Origin: Eledone cirrhosa
Taxonomy: Eukaryota
Direction of reading: 5' to 3'
Assembly (NCBI GenBank): GCA_964016885.1
Contig: OZ024740.1
Span: 171,926,001-171,990,000, forward strand
DNA: 64,000 nt
A program made the translations under genes and the position numbers. Below, piece by piece: positions 52,695-64,000 of this stretch (position 1 is its first letter; each line of letters starts with the position of its first letter). The notes beneath the pieces were generated by a model. The model was not told the DNA's origin. It was given only the letters and a program-made list of their open reading frames with translations, and searched no databases.

Positions 52695-55600
52695 GGGGCC
52701 CTTTCTGCCCGTGTGTTTGTTTGTTTATGTGTGTCCGTATACAGCGTGGTGATAATGCCACACAAGGGCCAAGTGGGATGGCGGATCCACAGATGGCTAT
52801 GTAAACATACATTCGCCAATCCTCGATAAGAGTGTTTAAATATCGAACATAAACAGTTCGAATAACGGTGAAATGGAGACTAGAACGTCATGTGACAGAC
52901 TCTCACCCAACAGGTGCCCCCTGGCTCAGCAGCAGGAACCTGACTGTCAACCAAATACTGCTGATGTTGGAGGAAGAAGAAGAAGGAAAGGGGCCAGAAC
53001 CAACTGGACGAAAGAATTGAATAGAACTGTTATGCAATGCTACCTGAAAAGTAACCCCAAGGAGAGGGGCTACAGGAGACGGATGCATAACATCTGGAAC
53101 GAGATTGGTTTATTTAAATTAGATGAACAAAAATTGGCCGGGCAGGCTCGGGTAATAAGAACTAATGGGTGGATAAGCGAGCTGGAACTGGAGGAACTGA
53201 GCAGAGAGAATGGCTTGGAGATGGCGGGTGTAGTATGCCAGACAAGCGAGCCGGCGGGAAATGAAGGTGAGGAGGTCCTGAGAACGGAGGAACCACCCGA
53301 AGCAGACAATGATCTGAATACTGAGATAAATAATACCTGGAACAGAGATACGGCCACTGAGGAGATGAATGCTGACGGGCTAGGACAAAATTCGGTTGAC
53401 ATCCTGAATTTAGTGGTAGATGAGTTGAACAATGATAGTGGGAGACCTATGAACCTAAGATTTGTAGACAGGAAAAAGTTAAAAGAAACAACAGCTAAGG
53501 TAAACAAAGTCATCCCATACCTTGAGGCGAGGAGTCTTCACCAGTGCAACAATATCCTCAAAGCAACAGCAAATACGGTGAGGAAACTACTTGGTATAAA
53601 AGCGAGAGGAAACAACAGACAAGAAAGAGCAGAGCCGTGGTGGAGGAAGCGACTGAGTGGGCAAATCGGGGAAATGAGAAATGACATAGGAAAGCTTGAG
53701 TCACTGCTGAATGGGACACTAAAAAACATAGGCACTAAAAATAGACTGGAAATAAAATACAAAACTAGGAGTAAAAAGCTAAATATTATCATAGAGGAAT
53801 TGAAGCAACGCACTGTAGCAAAGAGTGCCAAAATCAGGCGATACGAGAACAGAGTCAGTCAGTATAAACAGAACCGCATGTTCGACAACAACCAGAAGAT
53901 GCTGTTTGGACAGCTTGAGGGGAAAGAAAGAGGCAACGACTTGATCCCTGGGGCGGAACAAGCTAAAACATTCTGGAGAGGAATATGGGAGCAGGATGTT
54001 AGACACAATGCCCAGGCAGGGTGGATTGAGACAGTACAGAGGGAGATCGGTGAGCAGGCACAGCAACAGACTGATTTGAGTATCACAGTTGAAACTCTTA
54101 AGGGGCAAGCCAAAAAACTAACCAACTGGAAATCACCAGGCCCAGATGGTGTGCAGGGGTATTGGATTAAACATTTAACATCCCTCCACCCGAAGCTGAC
54201 GGCCATGTTCAATGACTGCTTGGTGTCGGGTGAGGTGCCAGAGTGGTTGACAAAAGGTACCACAGTTCTGATAATGAAAGACCGAATCAAGGGTAATGAA
54301 GTTACCAACTATAGACCTATCACATGTCTGCCCGTAATGTGGAAACTGTTGACGAGCATTGTGTCTGAGGAAATCTACCATCACCTCCACACAAACAACT
54401 TGTTGCCGGACGAACAGAAAGGATGCCGAAAGAAGTCACGTGGTACAAAGGACCAGTTGCTTATTGATAAGATGGTAATGGGGAATTGCAGGAGGAGACA
54501 CACTGATCTTGCCATGGGATGGATAGACTACAGAAAGGCATTTGACATGGTGCCTCATTCCTGGATCACCAAAAGCCTGGAGATCTTCAGGGTGGCAGAT
54601 AACATCAGACAGTTGCTGGGCAGGAGTATGGGGTCCTGGGAGACAGAGTTGACATCAACTGGAGTATCCTTGGGAAGCGTGAAGATCAAGAGAGGTATCT
54701 TCCAGGGAGATAGCCTGTCCCCTCTGTTGTTTGTCCTTGCCCTGATGCCCTTGACCATTATGCTGCGAAAAGTGAGAGCAGGATACAAGTTGGGAAGGGG
54801 AGAGCTTACCATCAATCACCTCCTCTTCATGGACGATCTTAAGCTCTTCGGGAAAAGTGAGAAGGAGTTGGATGTGCTTGTTGACACTGTCCGTATTTTC
54901 AGCAGTGATATATGTATGCAGTTTGGTATTGGTAAATGTGGAGTCATTGTGATGAGGAGGGGTAGGTTGAGCAGAAGTAACGGGATCCAGATACCAACAG
55001 GTGAGATGATAAAGGAAATTGACTCTGAGGAAGGATACAAGTATTTGGGCGTTCTGGAGGCTGATGGCATAAAGAACAAAAAAATGAAGGAATTGTTAAG
55101 AACTGAATACATTCGGAGAGTAAGGAGCGTATTGAAGTCACATCTGAACAGCAGAAATGCCATAAGCGCAGTAAATTCCCGAGCTGTGTCTATTATTAGG
55201 TACAGTGCGGGAATCCTGAGATGGAATGTTGCTGAACAAAAAGAAATGGATAGGAAGACTAGGAAGCTATTGACTATCTACAACATGTTCCACAAGAGGA
55301 GTGATGTCGATAGACTCTACCTAAGGAGATCTGAGGGTGGAAGAGGTCTTATCAGCATAGAGGACTGTGTTCAGATGGAGAAAAACAACCTATACAAATA
55401 CGTGACCTATAGTAAGGAGCCAATGCTCAGAGCTGTACTGAAGGAGGGGACAGTAGGCCAGGGGATACCCAAGGAGGAAATAACATCAAGGAGGAAGAGC
55501 AGCCTTAAGGGAAAATCCCTTCATAGTACCTTCTTTGAGAAAACGGAATTTAGAGATCCACAGACATGGAACTGGTTGAGAAGAGGAGACCTCAAAAAGG

Positions 55601-56351
55601 CTACAGAAGGAATGCTAATGGCTGCGCAGGAGCAGGCCCTCAAAACGAAGTGGTTGAAGCACCATATCTACAAGGAGGAGGCTAGCCCACTGTGCAGGAT
55701 CTGTGGAGAGAGAGAGGAGACTGTGGCTCACATTGTGTCCGAGTGTAAACACCTAGCCCAGACCCACTATAAGGGCTGGAGACACGATGTGATGGGCAGG
55801 GTGATCCACTGGCACCTGTGCAAAGTAAACAATCTACCACATTCTGAGAAATGGTATGAGCATAGGCCAGAGGCGGTGATGGAGAACAGTCAGGTGAAGG
55901 TGCTGTGGGATTTTAGGATACAGACGGACAAAAAACTGGAACACAATAGACCTGACCTGGTGGTTGTGGACAAAGAAAAAAGATCGTGCCTGATTGTGGA
56001 TGTGGCCTGCCCGTTCGACACGAGAGTGCAAGAGAAGGAGAGGGAGAAAATTAACCGATACCAGGACCTAAAGTGGGAGGTGAAAAGGATTTGGAACTGC
56101 CATGAAGTCAAAGTGATCCCGATTGTCATAGGCGCACTGGGGACTATCTCCAAAGGTTTCCAGGGATGGTTAAAGAAAATCGGCCCCTTCACGCTTTTTG
56201 GAACGCTTCAAAAGGCATGCTTGCTTGGAACGGCAAGAACCCTCCGATACGTCCTGAATACCTGAGGCTGCAGGTAGTGGCTTGATATTCAATCCAACGG
56301 ACTTTCCAGTTAACCAACATCAATGACTGAGATTCAAGGAATAACAATAAC

Positions 56352-56383
<32 letters not shown>
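52695..56383 (+). mobile_element. Apparently full-length R4/Dong-clade RLE non-LTR retrotransposon
   Basis: Structured 5' UTR, intact ORF, 75-bp 3' UTR, (TAA)n tail. The 5' boundary is uncertain. Confidence 0.88.
52873..56265 (+). CDS. R4/Dong-type polyprotein: N-terminal domain, RT, CCHC knuckle, restriction-like endonuclease
   Basis: 1130 aa uninterrupted. NYRPITCL, IDYRKAFD, GIFQGDSLSP, LFMDD, CRICG...HIVSEC, RHD, PDLVVVD...IVDVACP...KINRY. Confidence 0.93.
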   Translation: METRTSCDRLSPNRCPLAQQQEPDCQPNTADVGGRRRRKGARTNWTKELNRTVMQCYLKSNPKERGYRRRMHNIWNEIGLFKLDEQKLAGQARVIRTNGWISELELEELSRENGLEMAGVVCQTSEPAGNEGEEVLRTEEPPEADNDLNTEINNTWNRDTATEEMNADGLGQNSVDILNLVVDELNNDSGRPMNLRFVDRKKLKETTAKVNKVIPYLEARSLHQCNNILKATANTVRKLLGIKARGNNRQERAEPWWRKRLSGQIGEMRNDIGKLESLLNGTLKNIGTKNRLEIKYKTRSKKLNIIIEELKQRTVAKSAKIRRYENRVSQYKQNRMFDNNQKMLFGQLEGKERGNDLIPGAEQAKTFWRGIWEQDVRHNAQAGWIETVQREIGEQAQQQTDLSITVETLKGQAKKLTNWKSPGPDGVQGYWIKHLTSLHPKLTAMFNDCLVSGEVPEWLTKGTTVLIMKDRIKGNEVTNYRPITCLPVMWKLLTSIVSEEIYHHLHTNNLLPDEQKGCRKKSRGTKDQLLIDKMVMGNCRRRHTDLAMGWIDYRKAFDMVPHSWITKSLEIFRVADNIRQLLGRSMGSWETELTSTGVSLGSVKIKRGIFQGDSLSPLLFVLALMPLTIMLRKVRAGYKLGRGELTINHLLFMDDLKLFGKSEKELDVLVDTVRIFSSDICMQFGIGKCGVIVMRRGRLSRSNGIQIPTGEMIKEIDSEEGYKYLGVLEADGIKNKKMKELLRTEYIRRVRSVLKSHLNSRNAISAVNSRAVSIIRYSAGILRWNVAEQKEMDRKTRKLLTIYNMFHKRSDVDRLYLRRSEGGRGLISIEDCVQMEKNNLYKYVTYSKEPMLRAVLKEGTVGQGIPKEEITSRRKSSLKGKSLHSTFFEKTEFRDPQTWNWLRRGDLKKATEGMLMAAQEQALKTKWLKHHIYKEEASPLCRICGEREETVAHIVSECKHLAQTHYKGWRHDVMGRVIHWHLCKVNNLPHSEKWYEHRPEAVMENSQVKVLWDFRIQTDKKLEHNRPDLVVVDKEKRSCLIVDVACPFDTRVQEKEREKINRYQDLKWEVKRIWNCHEVKVIPIVIGALGTISKGFQGWLKKIGPFTLFGTLQKACLLGTARTLRYVLNT

Positions 56384-56385
<2 letters not shown>

Positions 56386-56658
56386 CCATGAAGTCAAAGG
56401 GATTTGGAACTGCCATGAAGTCAAAGTGATCCCGATTGTCATAGGCGCACTGGGGACTATCTCCAAAAGTTTCCAGGGATGGTTAAAGAAAATCGGCCCC
56501 TTCACGCTTTTTGGAACGCTTCAAAAGGCATGCTTGCTTGGAACAGCAAGAACCCTCCGATACGTCCTGAATATCTGAGGCTGCAGGTAGTGGCTTGATA
56601 TTCAATCCAACGGACTTTCCAGTTAACCAACATCAATGACTGAGATTCAAGGAATAAC

Positions 56659-56688
<30 letters not shown>
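56384..56688 (+). mobile_element. 5'-truncated second copy of the same R4 family (3' end only)
   Basis: Matches 56087-56345 with ~3 substitutions and has its own (TAA)n tail. Confidence 0.9.
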
Positions 56689-56691
<3 letters not shown>

Positions 56692-59600
56692 ATCGTAAAT
56701 GATAAAGAAATGAATGAGAATGAACTTGCCAACTTGAAGGATGAAATTATGATCGAATGGATGAAAATGAAAGAATCTGACATGGGGGAACGAGACACCC
56801 TCCCTAAGATCCAGAACTCCAAACAGAACCAAAAGATAATACACAAGACTAACATAATTCTCAAAAACATTATCATCACAAACAAACTAAACATTACTGA
56901 CTTAAATCATCTCTATTATGCATCGGCTAAAGTCACCACTCACTTATGTGGAGTGAAGATGAAAAAAACAAAGGAATTCCCACAAGAAATCTACTTGGCA
57001 AGATAACATCAATCGCCAAATAAACCTTCTCCGATCTGACATAGAAATTTTAACAAACTATAAAGTAGGTGAACATGTTAAACAAACTAAACTTAGAAAA
57101 TTGAAAAAAAAGTACAGTATAAGATCAACATGTGACATAGACATGCTGATAGAAACAATCAAGCAAAAAGTATCGGCCAAAGCTGCTCGTATAAGGCGCT
57201 TTGAAAAACGATCTAGATTCTATAAGGACAATAATATGTTCAAAAACAACCAAAGAAACTTCTACAGAAAAATTGGTAAGTCAACAATAACTGCTAAATC
57301 AATACCACCCAAGGAGGAAGTGCAAGAATTCTGGTAAAAGATCTGGGCCGAAGAAAAAGTTCATAACATACATGCCCCATGGATAGACAGACAAATGAAA
57401 GAAACAGCTCACCTTGAAGAACAAACATGGGAAAATATAACAGTTGAACAGCTGCGCTTGGCTCTAAGAAAAACCAGCAAATGGAAATCCCCAGGAAAAG
57501 ACAAAATACAAAACTTTTGGATAAATGCCTTCACAGAGTCTCATGAGCTGTTAGCCCAACTTTACAATGAAATAGTTAAGGAGCCAGAAAAGATACCATC
57601 ATGGCTAGTTAACGGCATTACATTCCTGCTACCGAAGAATGATGAGACAAACAATCCCAAAAATTACAGACCGATAACCTGCTTGACCACAATGTATAAA
57701 ATTTTAACATCAGTCCTAACTGAATACACATATGACCACCTGATAACAAATGACCTATTTCCCATTGAGCAGAAAGGGTGTAAACGAGGCTCATATGGCT
57801 GTAAGGATCAGCTTCTGGTTAACAAAATGATACTGGAAGATTGTCATAATAGACACAAAAATCTATCGATTGCTTGGATAGATTATAAAAAAGCATTTGA
57901 TAGTTTGCCACACAGTTGGATTGAAAAATGTTTAGAGATTTTCAAAATATCCCCCGTTATCAGGAGGTTTTTGTCATTCAGTATGAGGACATGGAGAACG
58001 ACACTCCTTTTGAATAGTGAAACAAAATCACTGGAAGCTGGAGAAGTTAACATTAATTGTGGAATTTTTCAGGGTGACTCTTTATCACCGCTTTTATTCT
58101 GCATCGCACTTATACCATTAAGTAAAATGCTCAATGAAACAAAACATGGATATAGAGTCTATGACAAAACCATTAATCACCTGTTCTACATGGATGACCT
58201 GAAACTATTTGCAAAAAATGATGAACAATTGCACGGGCTATTATCCACTGTGAAGCAGTTCAGTGATGACATTAAAATGGAGTTTGGACTGGATAAATGC
58301 GCCAAAGCAACGTTCACCAGAGGAAAGCTGCTGAAGAGTTCAGACATTAATCTTGATCGGGGGAACGTGATAAGAGAGCTTGATCAAGAACAAACTTACA
58401 ACTATCTAGGTGTTTGTGAAGGAGACGGAATCAAGCACTCGACAATGAGGGAAAGGATAAGGAAGGAATGTTACCGCAGAGTCAGAGCAATCTTAAGAAC
58501 GGAATTGAATGCAAGGAATAGGATCGATGCCATAAACACGCTTGCCATACCAGTAGTAACCTACAGTTACAATGTCATCAACTGGTCAAGCACAGAGATC
58601 CGTAGGCTCGATACAAAAATCCGAAAATTCTTAACCATGCACAGAATGCATCACCCTAAGGCAGACATAGATAGAATATATCTCCCTAGGAAAGAAGGAG
58701 GACGTGGGTTAATCCAGTTAGACATTGCGTTGAAAACTGCAACAATTGGATTATCCACATATCTAAGGGAATCACATGATTGGATGATCAAACTCGTTTT
58801 GAAACACGAAAGCACCAAAAGATCATATTCCATTACAAAAGATGCACAAAGATACAGTAATGGACTACAAATTTCAGAAGTCCCATTTACTGCTGAAATG
58901 GAAAACACAGAAAAAGCAAAGCAGGTAAAAGTAACTGCAAAGAAAGAACTGCTACAGAAACTGGCTAAGAAATGGCAAGAAAAGCCTCTGCATGGAAAAT
59001 ACCCAGAGCGAGCTAACAATCCTGATGTTGACAAAACTTTAACCCATCAGTGGTTGGCATCCTCTGGACTGAAATCGGAGACTGAAAGACTGATTATATC
59101 CGCTCAAGATCAGTGTCTGCCAACAAAAAATTACCAAGCCAACATAATAAAAAATGGGTGCAGCCCATTATGCCGTGTATGAAAAAAACAACCAGAGACC
59201 ATTGACCATATAATTTCAATGTGCAGTCCTATAGCTCCAACCGAATACCTAAACAGGCATGACAGAGCTGCACAATACATACATTGGATAATGTGTAAGC
59301 ATTTTGACCTGCCCCATCAAAAGAATTGGTGGGAGCATCAACCACCTCCCATACTTGAAAAAGATCACATCTCAATCTTGTGGAACTTTAGCATCCAAAC
59401 AGACCGAAAAATAGATGCAAATAGACCTGATATAATATTGAAGGACTTTCAAAGGAGGGTATGCCTGCTAATTGATATGTCTGTTCCAATAGACAAGAAT
59501 GTATCTATAAAAACATTTGAAAAATTGAGCAAGTATAAGGACCTGGAGATAGATATTGGAAAAATGTGGAAATTGAGAACTAAAACAATACCAGTGGTTG

Positions 59601-59903
59601 TAGGCGCTCTGGGAATGATACCTAAGGGGTCTAATGACTACTTATCGCAAATCCCAGGAAACCCGCGTATAGGAGAAATACAAAAGATAGTACTAATGGG
59701 AACTGCCCATATACTAAGGAAGATCCTGTCAATATAAGTACATCACAAGTCTAAACACTAAGGATGCATGTGTGAATATGTGTGTTCTTTCTTGAACATG
59801 GCGGACCTTGTTGTCTCTTGAGGTCACTGGTTGTGACTTGGTGATAACTCGTATAAACATAAAGCAAGATAAATGCAAATAATAATAATAATAATAATAA
59901 TAA
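56689..59903 (+). mobile_element. Second R4/Dong-clade family, 5'-truncated and disrupted
   Basis: ORFs 57101-57337, 57395-59182 (FYMDD) and 59219-59737 (RHD, RPDIIL...IDMSVP). (TAA)n on both sides. Confidence 0.9.
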
Positions 59904-60000
59904 TTGTTTCTACTTTAGGCACAAGGCCAGCAATTACCCAGTGCATTACTGGTACTTTATTTTATCGACCCCGTAAGGATATAATAATAATAATAATAAT

Positions 60001-63000
60001 GTTTTCTTTATTAACCACAAGGGTTCACATAAAGTAGACATTAAGGACAGTACAGGACAATACAGGACGGTACAAATGGGCATTTCTGCGTGTAAAAAGA
60101 AAAAAAAACAGAGGATGTAACAAAAAAAGAAACAATGAAAAATTCCCCAATGGGGGAGAGACTTCCGAGGGACATTCGTGGAGAAAGCCCATTATAAAAA
60201 TCCACGGTGACCCTGACCACCAGGGCAAGTGCCCTCTCCCAGTTTTCCACCTTCAATTTACAGGAACATACTCAGAGTAGACCCATTCACACGGGCCATT
60301 CTTGCCTCTCTCACCCATCTTTCAACAAAATACTGGGAAAAGAGCAATTCCCTCTCTACCCTGATTTTCCTTTTTAAATGAAATTTGAAAAGTTTAATCA
60401 GGGCATCACCGAATAGATAAGTGCTCGTCTTCAGCCCTTTCAAACGCGTCCACCATACTATCTCTTTCGCCATGGCCACCAGACAGATAAAAATTGCCTG
60501 CCCTTGCCGGCTAAAGGAAGAGGGCGGGGAAATCCTCCCGAACTGGCAAAGCTCCTCGGTAGCACTGCCAGGCCAGGGATTTCTGGAAGTTGTCCAGAGG
60601 CCTGAAAGTTCTTCCGAAGAGATTGGCTAGTTGATTTTCGTCGACGCCTAGAGTTTCCCCAAGTACGTCGTCGCTCTTCCCCTCCACTAATCCTCTATAG
60701 AACGCCAAGGTGGAGTTTCCACCGATCACAATGCTCGATTGATCGAGGGCTGTGAGCGCCTGAAGACATTCCAGTCTCCAAGCGCTCCCTCTCGATCTTC
60801 GCTTGACCCAGGACTGCAGCTCCGTCAAGGAAACGAGCTGGGGAAAGACGTGTCTAGCAAACGGCGACAACACCTGATCACCGTCGAGGAAGAGGTGGAG
60901 ATGTCGTAGCCTGAGCGCGTGACTGCGCATCATCAGCCACGGCACGCCCAGCCCTCCACGTAGTGGGTGTTGTCAGCATGGACCGCCTGACCATTGGAGC
61001 GCGACCCTTCCACAAAAAGCGAAAGAGCAAACGCTCCAGTGCATTCAGGCGAGGCTTAGGACAAGGTACGACGGTCAGGCGGTAGTAGATGACGGACGCG
61101 ATGTACGCGTTAGCCACCTCCGCTCGACCTTTCAGGGATAGCTTCCTCTCTGCCCATTTCTGGGTGAGAGAAACCACCCTGCTCGTCACCCCGTCCCAGT
61201 TTTGTCCGTCTGGAGGTCCGGACCGAACCAGACCGCTAACGATTTAACGGTCCATCCGTCCAGCGCCCGACGACGCTGTTGGACGGCATGGACCTGCCTC
61301 TCCAGGTGCCGAGCTGCAGGCCCACTGACTTTTGCTGGTTGATCATTGCACCTGTCACCGCTTCGTATTCTCTTAGTGTGGTGCCGATCGCCTCGATGTG
61401 TTTGGCGTTCGACAATACTACGGTGACATCGTCTGCATATGCTGACACGGACTTCCGCATCCTAGTTCGCGCGGGACCCCTCTCAACGTCTCCAGTTTGT
61501 GCAGTAATGGCTTGAGAGTCAATACGTACAAGAAGGACGAGAGGGGACATCCTTGGCGGACCGAGTGCATGATGTTTAACGGTTACGAAAGGTGACCGTT
61601 CACTCTCACCACAGAGCATATGTCGCTGTGCATGGCAGCGATTCAGCCTCTGAAGACGGGCCCAGAGCCAGCCGCCCTCTGGACTGCTGCTAGGTAACGA
61701 TGGTCGACCCTATCGAAAGCTTTCGACTGATCTAAATTGATCAAGGACCCACCCGTGCCAGGTTCCCTAGCTACCCTCTCCACGATGTATCGCATCAGGT
61801 GGAGGCTGTCGCGGATGGATCTGTCGGCAATGGCGCATGTCTGCGCCTCTCCCACCAGACAACTAGCGACAAGCGCCAACCTCTTTACTAGCACCTTGGC
61901 CAAAATCTTGAACTCTGTTTTTAGCAGAGTTATGGGCCTGAAATTATCTATGTTATCACCCTTGTTCGGATCCTTTCTCAGCAGCGCCACCGCTCCTCGG
62001 CTCACATAGCTGGGAATTCTCCCGTTCTGTTGCCAGTTGCAGTAGACGTCCACCAAGAGGCCCCCGAACAAGTCTGGCATCCGTACGTAAAGTTCATAGG
62101 GCCGACCATCCAAACCAGGCGATTTACCCCTTGTGCAGCCAGTCATAGCCTCCCGTACTTCAGCGGCTGATATCGGCTTTTCGCAACACTCCGCCTCAGT
62201 GGTTGAGAGCCGCGACAGTCCGTCGAGGTAGACACTAAAGTCCATCCCTCGATCCGGCTCGCCGCTGCCCCCGAACATCTGAGCGAAGTGTCGCTAAAAA
62301 GCTTCACACATTTTCCCGGGATCGAGTAGCGTGCGCCCGTCGTGGCCCACCAAAGACCGGATCGTGGCTTTGTTGCCACGACGCGCCTCCGCCACTAGGG
62401 CCCATTGAACGGCTTTCGTCCCCTCGTGTCTGATAGCACGCAACCTAGCTCTGACAACGCAGCCTTCGTGCTTTGCATCGAAGAATTGGTCAAGGGCCAA
62501 TTTCGCCGCAAGTACGTCGGTCGCGATCCCTTACTAACCGCCTCGTCTAATTTTCTAACTAATTCTCCCTCTGCTCTATTTTTCTCTATAGCTAAAGCCT
62601 TATTAAACCTAATGGACTCTATTCCAATCGCTCTTTTCAGAGCAAACCACCACTTGTTGTTGACGATGGCCCCCGTCAACGCCCGCTTAACTAGTTTCTG
62701 GTCTCTGTAGGCCTTGCGCGCTGGTAAGGACGTGTTTAGCTTCCAGTAGCCGGGTCCTTGTCTATGAAGCCTATCTAATTCAAGCACACAGATCACGAAT
62801 TTGTGGTCCGTGTAGCTGACTATCTTGAATTGTGGACAGCCTATGCTAGACATATCTATTTCCCTACAAAATACTCTATCTAGATATGATCTGGATGGCC
62901 CGATGCAGTTTGTCCAAGTCCACATTGGCACATTCGGGAAATCCAATCGGTACCTGTCAGACAGTACAAAACGCCTGAGCAAGTTGGTGAAGCTCTTGCA

Positions 63001-63580
63001 CCCTCCTCCCCTATCCGCTAATCCCACACAGTCCCAGCGTGCATCTAAGATCCCGTTCCAGTCGCCCACTAACACTAAAGAGCGGGACGTTCCAAGAAAA
63101 GTCTCCAGACGCTGCAAGAAATCAGGCCACTCTGCTTCTGTCGGGGCATAGACGACCACTAGCCGGAAAGCTTTCCCGTCTCCGCTAGTCACGTCCAGCA
63201 CCACCAACTTACCTTCTGGGTCCAGGAAGATGGCCCGTATGGCGAGAACCAAACCTCTCCGAAAAAGCACAGCAACTCCTTCCCCCGATCCAGGACGGCT
63301 GGGATATGCGTACACATCGTAGCCGCCAAAGATCGGTGCGAAGGCCCGTACCTCGGAGATTCTGGTCTCACTGATGGCCACCACATCTATGTTTAGTGAT
63401 CTGAGGTCGTTGAGCAGGTGGCCCTGCTTCCATGACGACCCCAAGCCACGCGCATTTATGCTACCTATTCTGAGTGAGGTCATGTTGAAAAGGAGTGGAA
63501 AAGATGGGAAAGACAACTTACCTTACTTCTCGTAGGGGGAGGATGATTTCTCCATCCTTTTCACTGCTTGTGGCCTCCTC
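60001..63580 (-). mobile_element. Tx1-type L1-clade LINE (ORF1 end plus frameshifted ORF2)
   Basis: EN 62395-63516 (SINARGL, SETR, GDWN, SYTDH, GPGYWKLN), RT fragments (DQSKAFD, AYADD), AATAAA near the 3' end beside a (TAA)n tract. Confidence 0.88.
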
Positions 63581-64000
63581 CGCGCGAACTAGGATGCGGA
63601 AGATCCGTGTCAGCATATGCAGACGATGTCACCGTAGTATTGTCGAACGCCAAACACATCGAGGCGATCGGCACTACACTAAGAGAATACGAAGCGGTGA
63701 CAGGAGCAATGATCAACCAGCAAAAGTCAGTGGGCCTGCAGCTCGGCACCTGGAGAGGCAGGTCCATGCCGTCCAACAGCGCCGTCGGGCGCTGGACGGA
63801 CGGACCGGTTAAATTGCTAGGGGTCTGGTTGGGTCCCGACCTCCAGACGGACAAAAACTGGGACGAGGTTACGAGCAGGGTGGTTTCTCTCACCCAGAAA
63901 TGGGCGGAGAGGAAGCTATCCCTCAAAGGTCGAGCGGAGGTGGCTAACATGTACATCGCGTCCGTCATCTACTACCGCCTGACCGTCGTACCTTGTCCTA
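63580..64000 (+). mobile_element. Second Tx1-type copy in the opposite orientation, starting within RT and running off the window
   Basis: Reverse-complement match to ~61058-61475 (SAYADD...KLSLKGRAEVAN) with scattered substitutions. Confidence 0.85.

Noticed and set aside
53070-56192. Multiple antisense ORFs over the R4 element (likewise over the RTE, PLE and Tx1)
   Set aside because: Shadow frames of the coding strand with no motifs.

Overview
Repeat-saturated, AT-rich eukaryotic intergenic or intronic DNA with no supportable host gene. The dense (TA)n/(CA)n/(TATG)n/(TAA)n microsatellites and Nin/CORE-type tRNA-SINEs suggest a cephalopod such as Octopus (inference). Retroelements: four Penelope-like elements (two Neptune-type copies with inverted pseudo-LTRs, two of another clade), RTE LINEs plus a bipartite non-autonomous RTE derivative, R4/Dong-clade RLE elements (one with an intact 1130-aa ORF), Tx1-type L1s, a CRE-like fragment, a non-coding LTR element with a tRNA-Trp PBS and a related solo LTR. 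DNA elements: Tc1/mariner, hAT-like, pogo-like and Helitron remnants. There are three hammerhead ribozyme motifs. The most unusual signals are: a hammerhead whose CUGANGA core appears overwritten to form a perfect palindrome (15679-15795); a tRNA-like cloverleaf with its own terminator inside a 54-bp direct-repeat cassette (8694-8989); a motif shared by the 5' UTRs of two divergent R4 elements; and an R4-type family apparently targeting (TATG)n. All calls were made by eye and boundaries are approximate unless TSDs or TIRs are quoted.
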